Assembly (NCBI GenBank): GCA_030536255.1
Contig: JAUNQI010000008.1
Location: forward strand, 11,453 to 75,452
DNA: 64,000 nucleotides
From: Eubacteriales bacterium
GTDB lineage: Bacteria; Bacillota; Clostridia; Oscillospirales; Oscillospiraceae
Direction: 5' to 3'
A program made the position numbers and the translations under genes. The notes beneath the pieces are model-generated. The model worked only from the letters and a program-made list of their open reading frames with translations, had not been told where the DNA came from and did not search any database. Shown one piece after another: positions 29,520 to 37,266 of the stretch. Positions within the stretch are counted from its first letter, which is position 1. Every line of letters begins with the position of its first letter.

Positions 29520-30497
29520 ATGAAGAAAGTACTTTCCATTATCTTCGTACTTACATTACTCGTTTCCTCCTTCGCAGTCGCTGCATCTGCAGAGACCATC
29601 GTTGTTATGCCTAAGCTCGTTGGTATTCCTTACTTCAACGCTTCCGAGACCGGTGCTGTTGCTGCAGGTGAAGAGCTTGGTATCGATGTTATCTACACCG
29701 GCCCCACAGAGGGTGACGCAGCTCTCCAGGTACAGATGATCGAGGACCTTCTTGTTGACGGTATCGATGCTATCGCTATCGCTCCCAACGATCCTGACTC
29801 TGTATCCCCCGTACTCCAGAAGTGCATTGCTGACGGCGTTCTGGTTGAAGACTGGGATACCACCGCAAATGGCGATGATGTTACCTTCTCCATCCACCAG
29901 ATCGATGACAAAGTTCTCGGCGAGTGCCTCGTTGACCTTCTCGTAAAGGCAATGGGAACTGAAGAGGGCGATGTCGCTATCGTTACCGGTTACCTGACCG
30001 CTGCAAACCTGAACACCTGGATCGATTACGGCAAGGCATATGCTGCTGAGAAGTACCCCGGCCTCAACTTCGTTTGCGATCCTGTTGCATCCGATGAGTC
30101 CGCTGATGAAGCTTACAAGCAGACCCTCGCTCTGATCTCTGCATATCCTAACCTTAAGGGTATCCTTGGTTACTCCACTCCTGCTCCTGTTGGCTGCGCA
30201 AAGGCAGTTCAGGAGAAGGGTCTTCAGGATTCCATCGCTGTTGTCGGTACCGCTATGCCTAACGACTCCAATCCTTACCTGAAGGACGGCTCCATGGACT
30301 ATGCAGTTCTGTGGGATCCCGCTGGCCTCGGCAAGATGGCTGTTTACGTAGCACACCTCACCCTCAACGGTGAAGAGGTTGAAGGCTTCGAAGTTCCCGG
30401 TGTTGGCCCCATCCACATTGAAGAGGATGGCAAGACCATCATCATGGCAGACCCGACCGTTTGGGATGCTGCAAACGTCGACGATTACGACTTCTAA
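29520..30497 (+). CDS. Periplasmic-binding-protein type I sugar-binding protein (LsrB/RhaS-like), secreted
   Basis: A signal peptide (MKKVLSIIFVLTLLVSSFAVAASA) is followed by ETIVVMPKLVGIPYFN...GIDVIYTGPTE and a C-terminal NVDDYDF. From memory it is collinear with Salmonella LsrB. Confidence 0.8.
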   Translation: MKKVLSIIFVLTLLVSSFAVAASAETIVVMPKLVGIPYFNASETGAVAAGEELGIDVIYTGPTEGDAALQVQMIEDLLVDGIDAIAIAPNDPDSVSPVLQKCIADGVLVEDWDTTANGDDVTFSIHQIDDKVLGECLVDLLVKAMGTEEGDVAIVTGYLTAANLNTWIDYGKAYAAEKYPGLNFVCDPVASDESADEAYKQTLALISAYPNLKGILGYSTPAPVGCAKAVQEKGLQDSIAVVGTAMPNDSNPYLKDGSMDYAVLWDPAGLGKMAVYVAHLTLNGEEVEGFEVPGVGPIHIEEDGKTIIMADPTVWDAANVDDYDF

Positions 30498-30517
30498 TTT
30501 CTGCTAGACACAATTTT

Positions 30518-30552
30518 GGCCCTTGCCGGAAGCTGCCCTACCGGCAAGGGCC
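30518..30552. terminator. Bidirectional terminator between the sugar-binding protein gene and the S-component gene
   Basis: A perfect 12-bp GC-rich stem (GGCCCTTGCCGG / CCGGCAAGGGCC) has an 11-nt loop and is followed by ATTCTTTATTT. Confidence 0.8.
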
Positions 30553-30557
30553 ATTCT

Positions 30558-31073
30558 TTATTTATGGATTTTTTTCAGAGTTCTGTACAGAACAGGCTCG
30601 GTAATATATACCAGAACAAAATTTGATACGCAATGAATAACGTCAAATCCGATTCCTGCGACCCAGTATGCCACAGCAGACCGCCATCCGGAGATAAATA
30701 AGACAGGAACAGAGCTAAGCAGCCCGAATAATAAACCGCAAATCCCGGCATACACAGCCCAGAACAGTCTGGAGTCTGAATCCTTGAACGGTATGGCTGC
30801 AAGAGCAATCAAAGGCCAGGTGTACAGGTAAGAGACAGACCATAATCCAAATCCATAGATCATTATCTCGATAACCGCAAAAGCGAATGCCGGGTAGAGA
30901 GATTTTCTGCCGTATAATCGTACGCAGAGAATCAAAATCAGGGTAACAGGATGAATGTTGGGAAGAACGTTCATTACTTCCTTGCCGGCAATCATAAGCG
31001 CCGTAATAACGGCGAGCTCTGCAAGCTCCCGTATTGCGGTATTTTTTTTCTCAGAACTGATCATAGCCTTCAT
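30558..31073 (-). CDS. Small polytopic membrane protein, ECF-transporter S-component-like (candidate cobalamin-specific, CbrT-like)
   Basis: It is 171 aa with 5-6 hydrophobic helices. It overlaps the upstream DUF4430 gene by 23 nt and lies behind a cobalamin riboswitch. The family assignment comes from context, not from a recognised motif. Confidence 0.5.
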   Translation of the reverse strand: MKAMISSEKKNTAIRELAELAVITALMIAGKEVMNVLPNIHPVTLILILCVRLYGRKSLYPAFAFAVIEIMIYGFGLWSVSYLYTWPLIALAAIPFKDSDSRLFWAVYAGICGLLFGLLSSVPVLFISGWRSAVAYWVAGIGFDVIHCVSNFVLVYITEPVLYRTLKKIHK

Positions 31074-31452
31074 TCAGCGTAAACTCAATCGTATCCCCGT
31101 CATTGACCGGCTGCTCATCCACTCCGTAGTAAGCCATTTCGCCGTTGACATCATATCCCCACCACTGTTCTTTTGAAGCATCGGCTTTTTCACCGTCAAC
31201 TGTTTCAACCCAGAGTCCGTACGTCTGCTCAGTTCCTCCAATGAGTCCTTTCTTTTCAAGGGCTCCTCTCAGATATTCGGCATCTGTTTTCAGCTTGATC
31301 GTGTTCTGATCTCCGTTCAGATGATTTACGATGACAGTAATTGCTTTATTTCCTTCTTCCGCTTTCGGCGATAAAGTGCTTTTCAGAAAAAGCATAGCGG
31401 CAATCAGAATCAACAGAATGGCGAATGCGATTACAGTCTTCTTGGATTTCAT
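31051..31452 (-). CDS. DUF4430 (transcobalamin-like C-terminal domain) protein, membrane-anchored or secreted
   Basis: It has an N-terminal hydrophobic anchor (MKSKKTVIAFAILLILIAAMLF). The C-terminal WWGYDVNGEMAYYGVDEQPVNDGDTIEFTL pattern is typical of DUF4430. The start at 31452 lies behind AAAAGGAGAA; the track ORF starts at 31485. Confidence 0.7.
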   Translation of the reverse strand: MKSKKTVIAFAILLILIAAMLFLKSTLSPKAEEGNKAITVIVNHLNGDQNTIKLKTDAEYLRGALEKKGLIGGTEQTYGLWVETVDGEKADASKEQWWGYDVNGEMAYYGVDEQPVNDGDTIEFTLNEGYDQF

Positions 31453-31454
31453 AA

Positions 31455-31660
31455 AAAATTCTCCTTTTCTGTATATAACGTGCATACAGAAAAGGAGAAT
31501 TGAAATATCCGGAGTTTACAGGAAGCTGGCCGAAAGTCCGCGGCTTTTCTGTACGACAGATATCCGGGCGATCTGACTTCATATGCAAAAGCATTGTTCA
31601 CAGTGGCGGCTCCGTGGGGGATTTTCACCCCGCTTCTCCCTAAGATATCTTTATTCAGTT
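31455..31660 (-). promoter_or_regulatory. Cobalamin (B12) riboswitch with a terminator / RBS-sequestering expression platform
   Basis: The minus strand reads GGGAGAAGCGGGGTGAAAATCCCCCACGGAGCCGCCACTGTGAAC, matching the GGTGAAAATCC and GCCACTG cores. A B12-box-like GAAGTCAGATCGCCCGGATA follows. A perfect 17-bp hairpin (31458-31474 with 31484-31500) contains the SD and is followed by TTTTT and the ATG. Confidence 0.85.
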
Positions 31661-31729
31661 CAACAAAATAATACCTTATTTCATGTCAGATTTCAAGTAG
31701 CAGAATTGCTTGTTTTTCAAGCCGTATAA

Positions 31730-31758
31730 TTGACTATAATATCCGCTGATGATATAAT
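31730..31758 (+). promoter_or_regulatory. Sigma-A-type promoter upstream of the tandem CNNM/CorC genes
   Basis: It consists of TTGACT, a 17-nt spacer and TATAAT. Confidence 0.65.
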
Positions 31759-31774
31759 ATAAAATCGAATAATA

Positions 31775-33085
31775 ATGTATAAAGGAGTGTTATACCCTGT
31801 TATGGACGATGGCAGTACGTTGCCTTGGCTAATTGCGATTGTTCTTCTTTTCTGTGCGGTTTTCTGTGCAGTTACTGAAATATCGTTTTCCTCGTCTTCC
31901 CGCCCGCGCCTGAAGGTCTTTGCGGAAGCGGGAAATAAAAGGGCACAGACAGCCCTGGAAATCCTTGATGATTTTGAAAAAGCGATCAGCACGATTCTGA
32001 TTATGACGAATATTGTGCATATTTCCATAGCATCTATCGTTACGGTTGCCGTTACAAAGAAATTCGGTATAAGTGCTGTTACGCTGAGTACGATAGTAAC
32101 GACTCTGGTTATCTTTTTCGCCGGAGAGATGCTTCCGAAAAGTATTGCGAAAAAATATGCGGAATCTGTTGCAATGTTTTGCGCAGCTCCTCTGAAGTTC
32201 TTTATGGCTGTTTTTTCACCGCTTTCAGCGATGCTTTCTTCTATCGGAATTGCAGTGTCAAAGCAGGTGAAGGGAGAACCGGAACTTTCTGTAACGGAAG
32301 ACGAGCTCTACGATATTATTGAGGATATGACGGAAGAAGGAACTCTCGATGAGAATCAGGGGGATCTGATTTCCTCTGCAATACAGTTTGCGGATCTGAC
32401 GGTTGACAGTGTTGTTACTCCCCGCGTGGATGTTATTGCCGTTGATGTGGATGATTCCATTGAAGAGATTTTGTCCGTTATTAAGTCCTGCAATCACAGC
32501 CGGCTCCCGGTTTATGAGGGAAGTATCGATAATATTATCGGCATCCTGCAGATAAGAAAATTTATAAAAGCGTATCTCAAGGAAAAAGAGAATCTTGACC
32601 TTCGGGATTTGCTGGATGAAGCATATTTTATATATCACGGGACAAATCTTGATGATGTTCTGCCTATGATGACAAAGAACCTCCAGTCAGTTGCTATCGT
32701 AACGGATAATTACGGCGGGACGGTTGGTCTTGTTTCTGTTGAAGATCTTATTGAGGAAATCGTCGGAGAAATCTGGGATGAGGATGACGTTGTCGAAGAA
32801 GGAATAATCAAACTGAACGATTCGGAATACTCTGTTGACGCCGATGAACATGTCAGCGATGTTTTTGAGAAGATTGAATTTGAAGATCCGGAAGACGATG
32901 AAGAGCTTGTTAATAAGGTACTGGGAGCATGGTCCTTTGAGAATTTTCATGAGATTCCTGGAGAAGGCGATTATTTCCGTTATCATAATCTTCTCGTTAC
33001 CGTGGAGCGCATGAGGCATAACCGGATTATCCGGCTGAAGCTTTCCATCCTGCCTGAAGAAGAGGAAGGAGCGGAAGAACAATGA
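31775..33085 (+). CDS. CNNM/CorC-HlyC family divalent-cation transporter (DUF21 TM domain, CBS pair, CorC_HlyC)
   Basis: It has an N-terminal 4-TM DUF21 domain (GEMLPKSIAKKYAE), CBS-pair motifs (SRLPVYEGSIDNIIGIL) and the C-terminal transporter-associated domain. The start is uncertain (31775 or 31802). Confidence 0.82.
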   Translation: MYKGVLYPVMDDGSTLPWLIAIVLLFCAVFCAVTEISFSSSSRPRLKVFAEAGNKRAQTALEILDDFEKAISTILIMTNIVHISIASIVTVAVTKKFGISAVTLSTIVTTLVIFFAGEMLPKSIAKKYAESVAMFCAAPLKFFMAVFSPLSAMLSSIGIAVSKQVKGEPELSVTEDELYDIIEDMTEEGTLDENQGDLISSAIQFADLTVDSVVTPRVDVIAVDVDDSIEEILSVIKSCNHSRLPVYEGSIDNIIGILQIRKFIKAYLKEKENLDLRDLLDEAYFIYHGTNLDDVLPMMTKNLQSVAIVTDNYGGTVGLVSVEDLIEEIVGEIWDEDDVVEEGIIKLNDSEYSVDADEHVSDVFEKIEFEDPEDDEELVNKVLGAWSFENFHEIPGEGDYFRYHNLLVTVERMRHNRIIRLKLSILPEEEEGAEEQ

Positions 33086-34341
33086 GTGTATTTCTGATTG
33101 TTGCCGGTATTTTGGTGTGCCTGTGCTTTTCCGCATTCTTTTCCGCTGCGGAAATGTCTTATTCGTCATGTAATATTCTCAGGCTTGAGAAGCTTGCGGA
33201 AGACGGATCCGCTAAAGCGAAAAATGCATTGCGTATCACTGAAAATTTTGACAGTACATTAAGCACGATCCTGATAGGGAATAACCTTGCCAATATTGCG
33301 GGTTCTTCACTGGCATCTGTTCTGGTAATGCTGATTGCGGGCTCTGATAAATACGCATGGGTCGCTACAGTATTTATGACGCTTCTTGTTATTATTTTTG
33401 GAGAGACAATACCGAAAATTACTGCCAAGAAAAATTCCAACAGATATTCCCTGAAATTTGCATATATAATCAGAGTATTATCCGTTATCCTTTTCCCGCT
33501 CACCTGGCTTATTGTCCGTTTGATCCGGATCCTGTCTTCACCGTTTAAGGGTTCCGTCTACGATGATGATCCGGATGAAGCGGTTGAGGAGCTTCAGAAT
33601 ATCATAGAAACAGCTGAGGATGAGGATGTTATTGACGAGGAACGCTCGGAACTGATCCGCTCGGCAATCGATTTTCCGGAAGTTTCTGTTTCGGAAGTCA
33701 TGACGGCAAGAGTTGATGTCTATGCTCTGGACATTGATGATGACCGGGATGAGCTGCTGAAAAAAATTGAAGAATGCCCGTTCTCACGTCTGCCGGTTTA
33801 TGAAGACAGTATCGATAATATTATCGGAGTCCTGTATTTAAACCATTTTCTGAAAGCTCTTACAGAAGAGGGCTCTGTTGATATCCGCACTTTCCTTATG
33901 CCTCCGGTCTATATTTATAAAACGATGAAGCTTCCTGATGTTCTGAACCGCTTAAAGAAAGAGAAACAGCATCTTGCTATTGTGTCTGACGAATACGGAG
34001 GAATGCTTGGCGTTGTTTCAATGGAAGATGTTCTTGAGCAGATCGTCGGTGATATCTGGGATGATACCGATACCGTGGAACAGGAAATTATCCGTCGGTC
34101 AGAGAATGAGCTTGAGCTGGATGGAGATATGATTATTTCAGATTTCCTTGAGCTTGTTCATATAAGAGAAGATGATTTCGACTATGAGAGCGATACAGTT
34201 GGGGGCTGGACGGTCGAGATGTTCGGAGAGTTTCCAAAAGTCGGAGACAGCTTTGACTACGGAAATTTTTCAGTGAACGTTCTTGCAATGGACGGAAGGC
34301 GTGTCGAAAAGGTGCTGGTACAGATTCATGAAAATAACTGA
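33082..34341 (+). CDS. CNNM/CorC-HlyC family divalent-cation transporter, second tandem paralogue
   Basis: It has the same architecture (GETIPKITAKKNSN, SRLPVYEDSIDNIIGVLY). Its start overlaps the upstream stop (ATGA). Confidence 0.82.
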   Translation: MSVFLIVAGILVCLCFSAFFSAAEMSYSSCNILRLEKLAEDGSAKAKNALRITENFDSTLSTILIGNNLANIAGSSLASVLVMLIAGSDKYAWVATVFMTLLVIIFGETIPKITAKKNSNRYSLKFAYIIRVLSVILFPLTWLIVRLIRILSSPFKGSVYDDDPDEAVEELQNIIETAEDEDVIDEERSELIRSAIDFPEVSVSEVMTARVDVYALDIDDDRDELLKKIEECPFSRLPVYEDSIDNIIGVLYLNHFLKALTEEGSVDIRTFLMPPVYIYKTMKLPDVLNRLKKEKQHLAIVSDEYGGMLGVVSMEDVLEQIVGDIWDDTDTVEQEIIRRSENELELDGDMIISDFLELVHIREDDFDYESDTVGGWTVEMFGEFPKVGDSFDYGNFSVNVLAMDGRRVEKVLVQIHENN

Positions 34342-35455
34342 TGCTCATGTTCATTATTCTCCGCAGACGGGTCCGGAATTCCTGACGAAATTTCTTGATG
34401 AAACCGGTACGGATGCAGCAGTTATGCAGGCTGTTTCACATTCCAGATGCATTTCGCTTATTCCCGGTGCCCTTGTGATGAAGCATATGAATCCGCGCAG
34501 ATTCTACGTATACGGAAGTCCTGATCTTACCGGATATTATCTGAACAAAGAAGATTTCGGAGAGCATATGGCCTGGTACACCGGCTTTATGATGGACTGC
34601 GGATGCGACGGGATAAAAATGCTTGAGGGAAAGCCTCAGATGCGTAAGGCTCATCCGGTTCCGGATTTTGATGATATCTGCTGGGAACCGTTCTGGAATT
34701 ATGCGGAAGAGCACTCGATTCCAATCCTGTGGCATGTTAATGATCCGGAGACGAACTGGAGCCCGGATGCATCTCCCTGGGTAAAAAAACAGGGATGGTG
34801 GTATGACGACAGTTTTATCAACAACGAAGTTCAGTATTCGCAGGTACTTAATGTCCTGTCCCGTCATAAGAATCTGAAGATCGTCTTTGCTCATTTCTTC
34901 TTCATGTCTGCTCAACTGGACAGGCTTGATGAGATTATGGATAAATATCCGGAAATCATGGTGGATATGACGCCCGGAATTGAAATGTATGAGAATTTTT
35001 CCGGAAATATTGGCCAAATCAAAGCTTTCTTTGGAAAGTATATCAACAGAATCGCTTACGGTACAGACATCGGAGGAAGATGCATCCTTACCAATGAGGG
35101 GGATCCCTTTAACCGGAAAGAAAATCTTCGGAGGCCGGAGATCGTACGAACTTTTCTGAAGTCGGACGGAGAAACAGTCGTTGAGGCTGACGGGAATTTC
35201 ATTCATGACAGGGAACCGTTTGTCATGAAGGGACTTGGTCTTGACCCAATTGCGCTTGAAGCAGTTCTCGGTAAAAATATCGAAAGATTTTCAGGCGGAG
35301 CTCCGGGGGCTGTTAACTGTGAAAAGGTTCTTGAGCTTTGCGCATATCTGAGAATGAAAATGATCGACATGTCTGATCTGAAGCCGGATTTCAGGCCGGA
35401 TGTTTCCCAGATCGATATGGCGGAGAGATATTTCAGCGACATTATTTATGAGTAA
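34328..35455 (+). CDS. Amidohydrolase-family (TIM-barrel metal-dependent hydrolase) protein
   Basis: It has an N-terminal ITDAHVHY metal-binding motif. The start at 34328 overlaps the preceding gene end. The track ORF starts at 34283. Confidence 0.6.
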   Translation: MKITDAHVHYSPQTGPEFLTKFLDETGTDAAVMQAVSHSRCISLIPGALVMKHMNPRRFYVYGSPDLTGYYLNKEDFGEHMAWYTGFMMDCGCDGIKMLEGKPQMRKAHPVPDFDDICWEPFWNYAEEHSIPILWHVNDPETNWSPDASPWVKKQGWWYDDSFINNEVQYSQVLNVLSRHKNLKIVFAHFFFMSAQLDRLDEIMDKYPEIMVDMTPGIEMYENFSGNIGQIKAFFGKYINRIAYGTDIGGRCILTNEGDPFNRKENLRRPEIVRTFLKSDGETVVEADGNFIHDREPFVMKGLGLDPIALEAVLGKNIERFSGGAPGAVNCEKVLELCAYLRMKMIDMSDLKPDFRPDVSQIDMAERYFSDIIYE

Positions 35456-35467
35456 AGGAGAAAAATA

Positions 35468-37216
35468 ATGGCATTTGTTGATACATCTGCAATTACTGCA
35501 AAGACCCCGTGGGAGTCATCCATGGGGATGATCCCGATGCATCTGGATTACTATGAGGGCTCAATGTTTGATAAAGTCAGAGAAATTGCAGAAAAATATC
35601 CGAATTATGTTGCATTTGACTTTATGAATACACCGACTACGTATAAAAAAATGGTTGAGCAGATCGAAAAATGCGCAAAGGCATTGAAAACGCTCGGTGT
35701 TCGTGAGAATGACAGAGTTACAATTGCATTGCCGAATTGTCCGCAGGCCATTTACCTGTTTTATGCAATTAACCTTATTGGTGCGGTAGCCAACATGATC
35801 CATCCGCTTTCAGCGGAAAAGGAAATTGAGTATTATCTGAATGCATCTCACAGCGTAACGGCGATCACACTGGATCAGTTTTATCATAAATTTGAGAATA
35901 TCCGTCAGAATACATGCGTTACAAATATGATTATCGCCTCTGTAAAGGATGAGCTGTCAAAGCCAATCAAGGCAGGGTATATGCTTACAGAAGGACGAAA
36001 AATAAAGAAGATTCCGAAGGACGCTCCGGTCATTCGCTGGAATGAGTTCATGAATATGAGCCGCCATTGTTTTTATGATTACAAGGTGAGCAGAGCATCA
36101 GAGGATCCGGCTGTAATTCTTTATTCGGGCGGTACAACGGGAACTACAAAAGGCATTGTTCTTACAAATAAGAACTTTAATGCCCTCGGTCAGCAGGTTG
36201 TTGCAGCGAATCCGATGTTCCGTCCCGGAGATAAGATGCTAGCTGCAATGCCGATCTTTCATGGCTTTGGACTGGGTGTTTGTATTCATACGATGCTTTC
36301 TCAGGGAGGTCGCTGCATTCTCGTTCCGAGATTTACAGCAAAGAGCTACGCAAAGCTGATAATAAAGTATAAGTGCAACTTTATCGCCGGAGTACCTACC
36401 CTTTATGAAGCGCTGCTCCGTCTGCCCACGATGGAAGGGAAAGATCTCAGCAGTCTCAAGGGCGTTTTTTCCGGAGGAGACTCCCTTTCCGTTGAGCTGA
36501 AGAAAAAGCTGGATAAATTCCTTTACGATCACAACTCTACAATTCAGGTGAGAGAGGGTTACGGAACGACCGAAACGGTTACTGCCTGCTGCCTCACTCC
36601 GCCGAAAATGTTTAAAGAAGGAAGTATAGGAATCGCATTTCCGGATACCTATATCAAGATCGTAAAGCCGGGTACGGATGAAGAACTCCCGTATGGTGAG
36701 GAAGGAGAGATCCTCCTTGCAGGTCAGACGGTTATGAAAGAGTATATGGATAATCCGGAAGAAACAGCACAGACTCTCCGCTGCCATGCGGATGGTCTTA
36801 CCTGGGTTTATACCGGGGATCTGGGCTCAATGGATGAAGAAGGATTTGTATATTTCCGTGGCCGCGAGAAGAGAATGATTATTTCTTCCGGATATAATGT
36901 ATATCCCGGACAGATAGAAAATATCCTGGACTCTCACGATTTCGTTCAGATGAGCTGCATCATCGGTGTACCGGATCCTTATAAAATGCAGAAAGTCAAA
37001 GCATTTGTAAAGCTTTCACCGGATGTTCCGGGAAATGATGAAACAAAACAAATTCTTTTGGACTTTTGCCGTAAAAATGTGGCAAAATATGCGATGCCGT
37101 ATGATATAGAATTCAGAGAAGACCTCCCCAAAACGCTTGTCGGAAAAGTTGCTTACCGACAGCTGGAGGAGGAAGAACTCGCAAAGATCAAGGAAGAGCA
37201 GAGTACAGAGGCTTGA
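35468..37216 (+). CDS. AMP-dependent synthetase/ligase (long-chain fatty-acid--CoA ligase-like)
   Basis: It carries the adenylation motifs YSGGTTGTTKG, GYGTTE and YTGDLG, plus the C-terminal PKTLVGKV. Confidence 0.85.
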   Translation: MAFVDTSAITAKTPWESSMGMIPMHLDYYEGSMFDKVREIAEKYPNYVAFDFMNTPTTYKKMVEQIEKCAKALKTLGVRENDRVTIALPNCPQAIYLFYAINLIGAVANMIHPLSAEKEIEYYLNASHSVTAITLDQFYHKFENIRQNTCVTNMIIASVKDELSKPIKAGYMLTEGRKIKKIPKDAPVIRWNEFMNMSRHCFYDYKVSRASEDPAVILYSGGTTGTTKGIVLTNKNFNALGQQVVAANPMFRPGDKMLAAMPIFHGFGLGVCIHTMLSQGGRCILVPRFTAKSYAKLIIKYKCNFIAGVPTLYEALLRLPTMEGKDLSSLKGVFSGGDSLSVELKKKLDKFLYDHNSTIQVREGYGTTETVTACCLTPPKMFKEGSIGIAFPDTYIKIVKPGTDEELPYGEEGEILLAGQTVMKEYMDNPEETAQTLRCHADGLTWVYTGDLGSMDEEGFVYFRGREKRMIISSGYNVYPGQIENILDSHDFVQMSCIIGVPDPYKMQKVKAFVKLSPDVPGNDETKQILLDFCRKNVAKYAMPYDIEFREDLPKTLVGKVAYRQLEEEELAKIKEEQSTEA

Positions 37217-37266
37217 ATTATTTTTTCATAATATTTGAAATTTAACGGATTTCAGGAGGATAAAAA

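Noticed and set aside
29556-30416. 286-aa minus-strand ORF opposite the sugar-binding protein gene
   Set aside because: It is a shadow ORF. The plus-strand frame has a signal peptide and LsrB-like collinearity.
22380-30497. Canonical lsr (AI-2 uptake and processing) operon
   Set aside because: The gene order resembles lsrK-lsrACDB. However, the kinase is collinear with LyxK rather than LsrK, lsrF/lsrG/lsrR are absent, and the binding-protein positions I align with the AI-2 contacts are substituted.
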